In this document: one piece after another, positions 13,038-26,719 of the stretch
How positions within the stretch are numbered: the stretch's first letter is position 1
Layout: each line of letters starts with the position of its first letter
Assembly: GCA_951406725.2 (NCBI GenBank)
Contig: OX597823.1
Location: 75,516,001-75,580,000 of the forward strand
Origin: Octopus vulgaris
Taxonomy: Eukaryota
DNA: 64,000 bases
Direction of reading: 5' to 3'
Position numbers and translations under genes: made by a program
The notes under the pieces: generated by a model
The model's input: only the letters and a program-made list of their open reading frames with translations
Database searches by the model: none
What the model was told of the DNA's origin: nothing

Positions 13038-13330
13038 GTGGAGACTCATTGCCTAGTGGTTAGAGCAGTGAACTCGTGGTCGAGGAGTTTCAGACCGGGC
13101 GATGTCCGTGTTAATGAGCGAAACGCCTAAGATCCACGCGCCTCCAGCAGAAGATCATGGCAAACCTCTGCTGATTCTTTCGCCACAACGTTCTCTCATT
13201 CTTTCCTCTTGCATCAAGCAGCGCACCTGCGACGGACTGACGTCCCGTCCAGGTGGGGAACCTATACCCCATTGAAACCGCGAGAGCGTCCTTTATAAAC
13301 CAGGCATAGCTCGATAAGGAACAAACAACA
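13038..13330 (+). mobile_element. SINE family C, tail type 1, diverged
   Basis: Head GTGGAGACTCATTGCCTAGTGGTTAGAGC, body CAGACCGGGCG..GAGCGAAAC, segment CCTGCGACGGACTGACGTCCCGTCCAGG, (CAA)-rich end. Confidence 0.75.
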
Positions 13331-14844
13331 TAGATTCTATGTTATATGATCTGATTTCGTTTTTAATTAAATAATGGTATAAAAAAGTTACAACCACGCC
13401 CTCACTATCATTATATTTATTTCGTCTTAATTATTTCTGGCCTTTCCTAGTCAACGTCGGGCCGAGTTAATAATCCTCTTTAACATTTAAGCCCATAGTT
13501 TGATTTGAACTTCAGCTTCTTTGTTCATCAGTTATCGTAGCTGTGAGTTAATTAACATACACTTTATTGCCATAGTCATCATTTTTTTAAGGCGGTTACG
13601 TATAATTTGAGGGGCATATGGCTGTTGTATTTACTAGTTAGAACATTTGTTATTCATCACCAATAATGAAAATTTTGATTTCAAATATCATAGTATATTT
13701 TCAATCTTTAGTTAGTTTTAAAGATTCGTTTGTCATTATATGGATTACACACCAATATGTATGATACTATTAATACAACACCCGCAAACGTTCTAATATG
13801 TTAAATTATAGTTTCCAACTTTGATAACATTTTCAGATAATCTAAATGTTTTGAATATATAGTGTCATATTTTCTGATGCGTTTATTTTGGAATCTTCTA
13901 CAATTTCCCTCCCAGCAATCTGTATTCAAATTGATATTGATACAACGTAAGGAGTAGAATGATATGTGTAATTTTATATAGTGCTAAGTTCTTCGAGCTG
14001 AACAAACTAAACAGCAGAGGTCAAATAAATATTGCTATTGTTTGTGCAGAATATATTGCCTTTTAACAAAAAGAATAGCTCGTAGACAAAATGTGTAGCT
14101 TCTGTTAAGATGCAGGTATAACTTTTACAATGCTTCACTTTTGTAAACTCATCATTATCATTTCTCTCCTTACTATATATACATACGAGCATGAATGTAT
14201 ACATACATACATGCATGCATATATACATACATACGTACGTACAGCATACAAAAAATCTTGAAATTCTGTGTCATCATGATCTGATATTAGCAATTCTGAA
14301 ACTACACGATAATACAGGGTGGCAAAATTTTGTTAGGAAATTATTTTCTACTAACGTTAGCAGCAAAACTGAGATAATCGACTCCACATCTGTCGACATT
14401 GATATAATGAACTGTAGCAAACATAATGAATGTTATAAAACCAAAATACTGAACTATAATGAAAAATTAGCATAAAGACAACAAAAGCAAAAGAAAGACA
14501 ATGGTTTACACTATTCATCCTATAATTTATTTCATATTATTTCTATTAACAGCACACACACATACGCCAGAATGGAAAACTAGTTGCGGTATGTATGAAG
14601 AGAGAGTATGACCTGATATGTATGTTCATAGTGTTGGAGCTGCCAATTAGCTTCACTTAGTTCTTGACACATCTTGATGGAAAATTTTAATTAATACAAA
14701 TTGTTACCTTTTAAAATTTATGGCCATCTATCCTGTGACGTTTCTGTTAATTTCATTACAATATTTATGACACTGTAATACAGTTACGTTTTTATTTGTT
14801 TTTAATATTTGTGAATATTAGAAATGTTGTATACGATAAATGAA

Positions 14845-14856
14845 ATAATAATAAAC

Positions 14857-14893
<37 letters not shown>

Positions 14894-14915
14894 TATAATA
14901 ATAATGATGATGATG

Positions 14916-14947
<32 letters not shown>

Positions 14948-15005
14948 GAATATGAGGATGAGGATGATGATGATGATGAGGATGAGGATGAGGATGATGA
15001 TGATG

Positions 15006-15072
<67 letters not shown>

Positions 15073-15074
15073 TG

Positions 15075-15137
<63 letters not shown>
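14845..15137. repeat. (AAT)n/(GAT)n compound microsatellite
   Basis: Direct inspection. Confidence 0.98.
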
Positions 15138-15140
<3 letters not shown>

Positions 15141-16285
15141 CAGAAAGCAGAGATGATAAGATACGACCAAAAAATGAAGGGTTACCACCGGAATGGGTTA
15201 TCCAGGGTAGATCAGAAGAGATTCTATAAAAAAATAAATGGAGAGTGTACAGATGAAAAGTTGATACCATATAACATTGAAGGTCAAATGTTTTGGAGTG
15301 ACATCTGGAGCAAAGACAAGGATCACAAGAAAGATGCTGAATAGCTGCAAGAACAGAAATAAACAGTAGTCTGTCCCAAAACAGGCAGAACTATTAATTT
15401 TAGTTAGAAAAGTGAAGGAAAGAAACAAACAAAAAATGAGCAACTGGAAGGTCCAGGGACTAGATGGGGTTCAAAGCTACTGGATCAAAAGATTTGGCGA
15501 TTGCCATGCAGAAATAGTTGCGCAAAACTACACCTTGTTAAATGCTGACCAAGTAATACCAGAATAGTTGACATTGGGTAGGACAGTGCTGTGCTTGAAA
15601 AACATTGAAAAAGGCAATACGGTAGACAATTACAGGCCGATAAACTGCTTGCCAATTATGTGGAAGTTACTGAATAGAATACTCGCAGGGCCAATGTTCG
15701 AACATCTGGAAACAATGGAGTCCTGCCACATGAGCAGAAGGTTTGCAAGCTTGAGTACAGAGGTAAAGGATCAACTCCTGATGGAGAAAACGGTACTCAG
15801 AGACTGTAGAAGGAAGAAAACTAACATAGCCATGTCATGGATCGACTATCGTAAGGCGTAGGATATGATCCAACATTCTTGGATTATGGAGTGTATTAAC
15901 ATATCTGGTATTGCATCGATGTTGAGAGATTGCTAGGAAAAAGTATGGCGAATTGGAGGACGGACCTGACAGCATACGGAAGAAGTTTAGGGACAGTAGA
16001 AATTAGGACGGGCATCTTCCAAGGGGACTGCCTTTCCCCACTGATCTTTGTACTCCGCTTGATACCACTAACACTGATTCTGAGGAAAGCAGAATCTCGA
16101 TATGCATTCAAAAGACGCCAGCAGAAAGTCAATAATCTGTTATTCATTGATGACCTCAAGATTTATGTTAAAGATGAATCGCAAGTCAGTTCCTTCGTAG
16201 TTGCGATGGATAATTTCAGTGATGATATCACAATGGAGTTCAGTCTAATAAAGTGTGGTACGTTAGTCTTCAAGAGAATCAAAAA
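15138..16285 (+). mobile_element. R4/Dong-clade LINE reverse transcriptase fragment (pseudogenised)
   Basis: FWSDIWS, NWKVQGLDG, NYRPINCLPIMWKLL, KDQLL, WIDYRKA*D, GIFQGDCLSPLIF, LLFIDDLKIY, with several stops and frameshifts. Starts at the end of (AAT)n. Confidence 0.93.
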
Positions 16286-16636
16286 TATACGTGTGTCAAT
16301 AGTAAAATGTCATATGATATGCTATTTTGTAATATATTACAAGAATGCAAACAATATTTCAATAACTAACAGAAAAAGTGCTACGTTATATTGCTGTTGT
16401 GAATGGAATAAGATTATGGTTTTGAGAATACAGCTGAGCTTCTGTTTACAAATATTATTCATTCCAAATTGTTCGCATACAGAAAAACATTTCTGACAGG
16501 GAATTTAAAACAAGGCACAGCAAATTCGTGCAGGAATATGCACTGAGAAAAAACTAGACAACAACTAACGCTCTCCGCTGACTCTCCCGGCTCAGTGCGA
16601 ACCTTTGCTGTCAGCTAGCGTGTTACACTAGTTACA

Positions 16637-16639
<3 letters not shown>

Positions 16640-16680
<41 letters not shown>

Positions 16681-16758
16681 ATATATATATATATGTATAT
16701 ATGTATATATATATATATGTATATATTTATATATATATATATGTATATATATGTATGT

Positions 16759-16796
<38 letters not shown>

Positions 16797-16849
16797 GTAT
16801 ACAGATATATATGTATATATATCTATATATGTATATATATATGTATATG

Positions 16850-16931
<82 letters not shown>
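16640..16931. repeat. (TA)n imperfect microsatellite
   Basis: Direct inspection. Confidence 0.98.
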
Positions 16932-17155
16932 GTTAAACCCACCAAAAAAAAGAACGAATAAAACAACATAAGACAAAAACAACAACGTTGGGACGTGAAG
17001 AAATTAGTAGCGGATGCTCAGGGAACGAAAGAAAGGTAGCTTTACGTTCCGTGCAAAGCTCTTCTTCAGAAACAGGTGACACAGGAAAATCCAAGAGGAA
17101 AAGTAGACGGAGGAAAAATCGCCAACAATCTACATGTGTTTACATTTTGAAAATT
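16932..17155 (-). mobile_element. Penelope-like element 3' end with decayed hammerhead core
   Basis: Minus strand TTTCTGAAGAAGAGCTTTGCACGGAACGTAAA. Inverted homologue of 17328-17533. Terminus abuts (TA)n. Confidence 0.65.
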
Positions 17156-17327
17156 TATATATATATATATATATTTACAATTTAAAAATAGGATAAATTC
17201 TTCATACGGAATTTATCAAGTAGTTAGCGTGAAAAAACTCATACTAGAAAATATCCATCAATTTTATTTATTTTAGAAGTTTTGACTACTAGATCCCCTA
17301 GCGTGTGGCAATTATGTGTAATAATGC

Positions 17328-17533
17328 CCTGACCGCATGTGTACCGTTGGCGATTTTTTTCCTCTGTCTTCCCTTCTCTGGATCTTTCCTTCTCCTATGT
17401 TTTCGACGAAGAGCTCCGCTCGAAACGTTAAATCCTCCTTCTTTCCTTCTTTCCTGAGCGTCCAATAATACTATATTTGTTCCACGTCCTCGCGTTGTTG
17501 TGTTTCTTTTTGTGCTTTCTTTTTTGGATTAAC
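17328..17533 (+). mobile_element. Penelope-like element 3' end with minimal hammerhead-like motif
   Basis: TTTTCGACGA-A-GAGC-tcc-GCTC-GAAACGTT-AAA at ~17400-17432. T-rich tail ends GGATTAAC followed by (TA)n. Confidence 0.7.
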
Positions 17534-17562
17534 TATATATATACATATATATATATATAAGA

Positions 17563-17885
17563 AGAATGTTTATGATAATGAACACGTTACAATTATAACT
17601 AAGAGGGTTTCAAAACACTTACATGTTTAGAAATAGCAGTCAAAACCATTATAAAGCCATTTAAATAGGTCCCTAACATTGATAATGCAATAGGGAATTA
17701 ACTAGTTATATTCAAGATGTGGATTCTATTTGTCATGTTGCCCACAGAGAGCTTTTATAGTGAAATTAAATAATATGAGTGATTTAAATGGCTTTATAGC
17801 GGTTTTGATTGCTAATGCTAAACATGTAAGGGTTTCGAAAACCTATTAGTTGTAATTGTAATTTTTTCATAATTAAAAACATTAT
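17563..17885. repeat. Inverted repeat, ~100 bp arms, ~115 bp spacer
   Basis: CTTACATGTTTAGAAATAGCAGTCAAAACCATTATAAAGCCATTTAAAT pairs with ATTTAAATGGCTTTATAGCGGTTTTGATTGCTAATGCTAAACATGTAAG. Confidence 0.85.
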
Positions 17886-19617
17886 TTTTCTATGTATTTA
17901 ATGATAACGTTTGGTCATTGATATATTCGTTAATAATTTTAGTTGTTTATAATATATCCACCGTAATGTATTTTTACATTACTTTTTAACTATATATACA
18001 TACATACATACACATACACACACACACAATATATATATATATATATCTTTAACCCGGAGTAATTTGTGGATTCTCCTGAGGAGAAACAAAACCTTACTGA
18101 GTAAATTTCGAAATTATATGATAGGGTCTTATCAAATTATTTTATTCATCGTGCCTTATCTGGTTGGATAAAGTTTTTGTAACTTGCCGCTCGCAGTCCA
18201 TTGAACATCTCATGAGGTTGGTGATTGTGTGTCGCTATTCGAGTTACATATGTTATCTCTTATTTCTAGAAATTCTAGGTGCTATCTTGCGTCCTCATCT
18301 ATGTATTCTACCTTTTAGGCTTTTAATTGCTTTAGTCATCTATATCATAACGTATTCAATACATCATATAATTAAATTATCGTTATAATATCTTATTGCA
18401 TGTATGTTTATATATATATGTGTGTGTGTGTCTGTGCTTGAGTCTGTGTATGTGTGTGTGTGTCTGAGTATGTGGGTGGGTGTACTCACTTAAGATTCTC
18501 ACTTTTTAATTCTTACTTTCACACATTAGCAGGGTTCCTAGTTTTCAGTAGGCAGGGACCATGAGATAAAGACACTAAAATATTTGATTATAGAACCATT
18601 TACGAGACTATATAATTGGAAGCAAATACGATATCCTTGTATATCTTATTCAATGTTCTAATCAATAAATGAAATAATTATATAGAATTTCATAATGTCA
18701 GCTTAGTTGAAAATTAAAGTTTTACTTTTCCAGCGTGTTTAGGCTATCTGATATGTTTTATAACACTTCTGTTTTTCATTTTCTTTTTCTCTTTCCAAGT
18801 GATATCCAATACTCAATAATAATTTAATAATAAAGCAAAGCATATACCGAATCACAGAATGAAACAAAATTAATAAGTATTTAAATACATCAAACTTAGC
18901 TGCTTTATACGGCAGTTTGTTTATAATTCACTGTTTCCTTACCCTGAAATAGCATTCTAGATAATAAAAAAAATCAGCGCGCAATTTGGAAAAATATATA
19001 AAATCAAAAACGAATAATATTAAATCTTATTTTTTTCTCATTATGAAACTGAGAACTAACAAAGCCAAAAAACAAAAGATAGTAATAATAATGCAATTCT
19101 GAATGACTCATTTGACAAGAATAGGAAAGAACATCATCTATTCGCGTAATCATAACATCACATGTGAGAGTTTAGAAAGGGGTGAAGAGCCTACAATTCG
19201 CAAAAGTTCTTTCAGTGAACGTAAAGTTTATATGCTGCAATGAAGGACCAAAATTATTTTTCATGGTATTCATTGTTGCGTTACCACTCTGTTAGATGCT
19301 AACTACTACAAATGTGAAAAATACTACATAAAGCGTCTTTTTTATGACTTCCCAGAACGAGGCGATCCGTTCATCTTTTCAGTAAAAAGCAACAAGAGGC
19401 AACGCAGTCGATCCATCCTTTACTGGAAGATCGAGAATATATTGCACAGTCTGTGGTATTTGGACAGCCTTAAACACATGCACATATATTTCAAGACAAT
19501 TAGATTTGAGCTTACATTTCAATAATTAGAAGGGTAAGTTCAAGGGTCACGAAAACCAATACCGCAGACGATATCTGTGTTATTTTAATCCCTTCTACAG
19601 CTCAATATTAGTAGGTA

Positions 19618-20012
19618 GTGGAGGCGCAATGGCCCAGTGGTTAGGGCAGCGGACTCGCAGTCGTAGGATCGCGGTTTCGATTCCCAGACCGGGCGTTGTG
19701 AGTGTTTATTGAGCGAAAACACCTAAAAGCTCCACGAGGCTATAGCAGGGATGGTGGTGATCCCTGCTGTACTCTTTCACCACAACTTTCTCTCACTCTT
19801 ACTTCCTGTTTCTGTTGTACCTGTATTTCAAAGGGCCGGCCTTGTCACTCTCTGTGTCACGCTGAATATCCCTGAGAACTACGTTAAGGGTACACGTGTC
19901 TGTGGAGTGCTCAGCCACTTACACGTTAATTTTACGAGCAGGCTGTTCTGTTGATCGGATCAACCAGAACCCTCGTCGTCGTAACCGACGGAGTGCTTCC
20001 CTCTCTAAAAAA
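19618..20012 (+). mobile_element. Full-length tRNA-derived SINE family C, tail type 2, with TSD
   Basis: A-box TGGCCCAGTGG and B-box GTTTCGATTCC. Perfect 11 bp TSD ATTAGTAGGTA at 19607-19617 and 20013-20023. Confidence 0.93.
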
Positions 20013-20993
20013 ATTAGTAGGTAATCGGTGCATTTCGGTTGAATACATTGAATACATAATGATCTTACAAGACCTCGTGTCACAACAAATAGGAGCATAA
20101 TCCAAAAATGTCTTCCGTTACTGAGTGTCGAAAAAATGTCTAATTATACTAATTAATAACAATATTAACTATTCGACATGTCGCCACAGAGTAAGTGAGT
20201 ATTTTATAATTAAATCAGCATCAAAAGGAAGAAAATCAGCAGTGGCATCAGCAAATCATGGTAGACGACGTTGCTAAATGAAAAGTAAAAGTTTCTCATT
20301 CGACGTTGTAAAGGATTCCGTTGGTTTGCATTCCAGGAGTTCAAAACGAAGACATGGAGCTCTCTGCTGCAGATTTGACCACAAATTAACAGTTAGAAGT
20401 ATATCCTAAAAGAGAATTCGGGTTTCACAGTGAAGTTACATTTTCATTTTAGCGTTCGTGAAATAGTTTCTCTCTTATCAGGTAAGGCGATGGTCTTTTC
20501 CATATAAAAAATAATAAATAAATACTACAGAAGTATTTGCTCTTGAGTTTAGAACACCGATTCATTGTTTATATCTGTATATAGATATGAGGCATGGATA
20601 TTAATTAATACGTCTACAAATAACGTATACATATATAAATACATACATACTTGCACACATCACACGGATATGCACACACACAAACACATATGCGTTTGTG
20701 TGTATGTCGACGATACTTTCTCGTAGTACGAGAAAGATCGTTCTGTGATTTCATGCCGAACAGTCTGCACAGATGATTTGTTTATAGTGATAAGATATAT
20801 GTGCTGCACATTAGCTGAAACCCGCCATCAAATCGACGTTTCCTGGTGTAGCGCAGGCCAGGTGTTGAAATCCTCGCAGAAAAGTGTAAGATTGAAGTTG
20901 TTTGCCTACATCTTTTCCAAGAAATGGAACTACGATCTCGCAATTATGAGTGCAATACACCAAGCTCTAGGCCATGTACCGTTGGCATATATA

Positions 20994-21394
20994 CTTTTTT
21001 ACTCTTTTAATCTTTTACTTGTTTCAGTCATTTGACTGCAGCCATGCTGGACCACTGCCTTCAGTCGAGCAATTCAATCCGAGGACTTACTCTTTGTAAG
21101 CCAAGTACTTATTCTATCGGCCTCTTTCGCCGAACCGGTAAGTTAAGGAAAGGTAAACACACCAACATCTGTTGTCAAGCGATGTTGGGAGGACAAACAC
21201 AGACACACAAACATATACACACACATATATATATATACACATATATTCGACGGACGTCTTTCAGTTTCCGTCTACCAAATCTACTCACAAGCTTTTGGTC
21301 GGCCCGAGGCTACAGTAGAAAACACTTGCCTACGGTACCACATACTGGAAATGAACCCGGAACCATGTGGTTGGTAAAGAAGCTACTTACCACA
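20994..21394 (-). mobile_element. SINE family A, near full length
   Basis: Minus strand head GTGTGGTAAGTAGCTT...CCGGGTTCATTTCC. Tail GGCAGTGGTCCAGCATGGCTGCAGTCAAATGACTGAAACAAGTAAAAGA. Confidence 0.9.
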
Positions 21395-22132
21395 CTGAAA
21401 CTCCTACCCACCCTCTTTCTCTCTCTCTCTATATATATATATCTACATGTATATATGTGTGTATCTCTGTATCTGTGTCTGTGTGTCTGTCTGTGTTTTT
21501 TTCTGTATGTGTAATAATGCCAGGAATAAAAACAGTGATGAAGGAAGGAAAACTTAAAATAAGAAATGAAAAAGGAGAAATAGGAAAGAGAATCGAAAAG
21601 TATGAAGAAAATGTAGAAAAACGTGAGTAGTTGAGAAAGAAAAAAATTATATCGTTTCGATTTAAACTATTGCCGGATATTTCAGCTGTAATCGTTAATT
21701 CGAAAACTTAATTGCCACAGACAATTAATTAATTATTAATACACAGAAAATTAATCAATAGAATGATGTCATTAATATAGGTCGAATATATTATGTAGGA
21801 AAAAGAACGATGATTTACAGCGTAAGCACAAATATTCGTATGCACGCGTATCTATATGTGTGCGTGTATTTATGTATACGTGTGTGTATGTGCGTATTCG
21901 TATATGTACATATATACATACAAATATGAACACAAAGCATTAAGTGTATGTGCATGTAAAGTGCATGTGTGCGTGTGAGAGCGCGACTCTGTGTGTGTGT
22001 TTACGCACCTACTCAACCAGACTTAGGCGGAAGCACACATATATTTGGGTAGATAGATGTGAAGCTTTTTAGTATTATTTTAGTCATCTGAACACGCTTT
22101 ATTTCTGCACTTCTGTGGTCATGCAAAATATA

Positions 22133-22364
22133 TATTTCTTTACTACCCACAAGGGTCTAAACACAGAGGGGACAAACAAGGACAGACAAACGGATTAAGT
22201 CGATTACATCGACCCTAGTGCGTAACTGGTACTTTATTTATCGACCCCGAAAGGATGAAAGGCAAAGTTGACCTCGGCGGAGTTTGAACTCAGAACGTAA
22301 CGGCAGACGAAATACGGCTATGCATTTCGCCCGGCGTGCTAACGTTTCTGCCAGCTCGCCGCCT
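22133..22364 (-). mobile_element. SINE family B, full length, with TSD
   Basis: Head GGCGGCGAGCTGGCAGAAACGTTAG. 19 bp TSD with 2 mismatches at 22114-22132 and 22365-22383 (TGTRGTCATSCAAAATATA). Confidence 0.93.
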
Positions 22365-22996
22365 TGTAGTCATCCAAAATATAGCCGTTGTGGAAATAAT
22401 ACAGAAGTTTACTGAATTCCATGTGCTGCTCTACCAACACTATAGAATTTGGACAAAGCTGAGAAAAAGGTTTTGTCGGAAATTTCCCAAAATTAAGTCA
22501 AAGTGCTTTTATATTCTGTAAAGCTATGATTTTAAAAATGTGACATGACGAGGTCTACATTAACTTTTGAGTTCTGGAATTATATCAAATTTAAAAATAT
22601 ATTAATATTAAAGTACACACAGCATTAAATACTTTTCAGTGATTTGAGATGTTATCTCTTTAAATTCGCTAATTAAAACAGAAATCAGCTAACTAGTAAA
22701 TTATTCATTTTATCGTGTTAAATTGTTTAATTAAATGTTTTGCATTAAGGTGTCAAATAGTGTTCACTGTACTGCAAACTCTAAACATTAAATTTAGAAA
22801 TTAACGCCATGGAATTCAACAAGGCTTAGTTGAAGGCAGGAAAGATTCACGCACCTCTTTCAACCTGTCAAAAATTGATGAGAAAATAAACCTTCTTCCA
22901 ATTCGCATATATGCAGCATCTAATTGTGTATCGGTTACATCGAAGCCTATACTGAAAACAATTCCAGCTTTAAACAACCAAATTATACTCAAGCAA

Positions 22997-23195
22997 GGCG
23001 GCGAGCTGGTAGAAAGTTTAGCACGCAGGGCGAAATGCATAGAAGTATTTCGTCTGCCGCTACGTTCTGAGTTCAAATTCCGCTGAGGTCGACTTTGCTT
23101 TTCATCCTTTCGGAGTCAATTAAATGAGTGCCAGTTACACACAGGGATCGATATAATCGACTTCATCCCATTTGTCTGTCCTTGTTTTTCCCCTC
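22997..23195 (+). mobile_element. SINE family B, 3' end replaced by (TA)n
   Basis: GGCGGCGAGCTGGTAGAAAG...GAGTTCAAATTCC...TTTCATCCTTTCGG. Confidence 0.88.
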
Positions 23196-23199
23196 GATT

Positions 23200-23457
<258 letters not shown>

Positions 23458-24504
23458 GGACACCTATGCATGTCTGAATGCGTGTAAGTATTGGTGAGTG
23501 TGTCGTTTTGTCAACATATGTGTAGGTGTTCTTTATTAAAACATTTTCGTAATAATCATTTTCGCCGTTTCATGCTGTTCACGTCAGCATAAATAAATTG
23601 GCAAGTATCATATAACAACACAATTATTCATTCATGCATTTTTATTGGCAAGCTGCTAAAACGTAAAGGAAATCACGATTCCCACTGTGTCATGTTCAGA
23701 ATCCGTGGTGAGGATCCGAGTCGGAAGTTTTCTTCCTCTGTCATACAGCATTGTGTTCTGCTGTCGTTGAATATACACTGCATGTGTACGAACAATACCT
23801 ACGTTCATCTTTCACCTCCAACCCGTCATTTATTACCTACATAACCAACTATGCACACGTCATGTACATTTGCTTTCATAGTAAAAGCATAAAAAACTGC
23901 TCATTCTGCCAAATTGCCAAATTTCTCACCACGCAAGATGCTGCTGAGACCAATACCACAAGCATAATTTATGAGACGATCCTTGACCGTAAATATTATC
24001 ACATTCATCAAAATCAAAATCATAGGCTACCTTTCCAAAGGGCTACTCGTTTTTTTGCGCGTGCTCCCCCACCTGTCTTTCTTTCGCTCTTTTTTCCCTA
24101 TCTTTTCCGCCCTCTTACCCATAGTCACCACCAACCAAACGCATTTCTTGAAATTTGTCTCATATCTCACTATAATGAATCATCTCATATTTGAATCGTC
24201 AGCATGAAAATTACTTACACACACACTCACAAAATCACACATCCATACAGACGTTCATTTGCATATAGACGTATATGTACACCCACGCACGATCAAGCAC
24301 ACACACATTGGTATCAATTCCAATATATATATATATGCATGTGCGTATATATGTATATATATATATACGTGCGTGAGTGTGTGTGTATGTATGTGCATAT
24401 TATTATATATATGTATATTTATATGCATATGGATGTGCATGTATATATATGTGAGTATGTATGTATGGTTATTTCCTCCAGCTGGTTAACGACATATAAA
24501 TACA

Positions 24505-24672
24505 TATATACGACGGGCTTCTTTCAGTTTCCGTCTACCAAATCCACACACAAGGCTTTGGTCAGCCCGAGGCTATAGTAGAAGACATTTGTCCAAGGTG
24601 CCACGCAGTGTAAATGAACCTGGAACCATGTGGTTGCTAAACAAGGTACTTACCACACAGCCACTCCCGCAT
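24505..24672 (-). mobile_element. SINE family A, 5' half with A-box
   Basis: Minus strand GCGGGAGTGGCTGTGTGGTAAG...CCAGGTTCATTTAC. Confidence 0.85.
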
Positions 24673-24686
24673 CTATTAACGCCATG

Positions 24687-24832
<146 letters not shown>

Positions 24833-25297
24833 ACAGAAAAGCAGGAAAAATGCTGCTGCATAATTTAACGCCAACATGTATTATAAATTAAATAAAAATC
24901 ATAAACGTTAAATTAGAAACTTACACCTAAATAAAGGACCAATGTTTAGTCGATATTTTCTTTCATTGCTGATAACTATTTCTTTTGCGTATATTTTTGT
25001 CAGCTTTTATTTCCTTGAATTTCATAAAAGTGTTGTTATAAGATTTGATAGGTTAAACAGGAAATAATATCATTCCTGCAGCGTGTTCAATAATTGGAGC
25101 TGCCTCGACAATTATGTGTCAAGTCTTTTGAGGTGACAGAGGTCAATAGTGTTACATTGACTTTCTAATGATGCTTCTGTTTGTCTCTATGTATTAGTAA
25201 CAAACTGTGTGTGAACGTGTCAATGTTCTGATTGTAAACACGTCGATATACACACACACACACTCCTACATATGTAAGTATAACGGTCTTTATACCT

Positions 25298-25665
<368 letters not shown>

Positions 25666-26095
25666 CTAGACCACAGGAAATGACGCACACAGAGAATTTT
25701 AGTGTACGTGTTCTGCACTTTCCATTGGTCAATATTGTTAACAGTATAATTTTGTCTCCTTAATTAACGTTATTTCTGTCACGACCTTTTCTTCTATCAA
25801 AACATATTTGCTATGTTAGCAATTCTGAAATGCTTTTATTGGTTTTCTGTGATGGAATAATATACAAAAAGATGGATGGTTTATAGATGGTATTGGCAGT
25901 TGTTATGGTGCCGAGGATAGAATTACGTTTTTTCCTTGACCACATGAGATTTGTGATAAAGAAACAGTAACAGAAAACATTGATATTGATATTTGCTTTT
26001 GCGAAGCTTTTATGATTGTATAAATACATAATAGCAACTGTGAAGAAATTCAGCCATTACAAATATATTACAATACTAATTCGCGTCACCCTCTT

Positions 26096-26330
<235 letters not shown>

Positions 26331-26352
26331 TAAATTTAATAAGAAAATTCTT

Positions 26353-26515
26353 GCTGAGTCCCACCAGCAAGGCCATGCGTTGTTTATATTGATATGAGAT
26401 CACTTTTTCGCACACATACGGCTGTGATGCATGTGCCTGGAATGACGAGTAGTTATGATGGGTATACTGGGCTTTGTATATTTTATCCCAGTGTCACATT
26501 GATGCCATTCATCAA
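26353..26515 (+). mobile_element. Element D, 3' fragment
   Basis: TTGATATGAGATCAC...TGTGATGCATGTGCCTGG...CCCAGTGTCAC matches the last third of 26720-27270. Confidence 0.8.
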
Positions 26516-26554
26516 TGAGGGCGAGTATGATGATGACGATAATAATAATATTAA

Positions 26555-26639
<85 letters not shown>

Positions 26640-26640
26640 T

Positions 26641-26700
<60 letters not shown>
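26555..26700. repeat. (TAG)n microsatellite
   Basis: Direct inspection. Confidence 0.98.
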
Positions 26701-26719
26701 ATGATGATAATAATAATAA

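Noticed and set aside
19618-19695. tRNA gene
   Set aside because: A and B boxes are present but the sequence continues into a multi-copy SINE body bounded by a TSD. The same applies to the other SINE heads.
23751-24207. 147 aa ORF with a GC-box-like sequence nearby
   Set aside because: No recognisable motif, non-ATG start, and no supporting splice structure.
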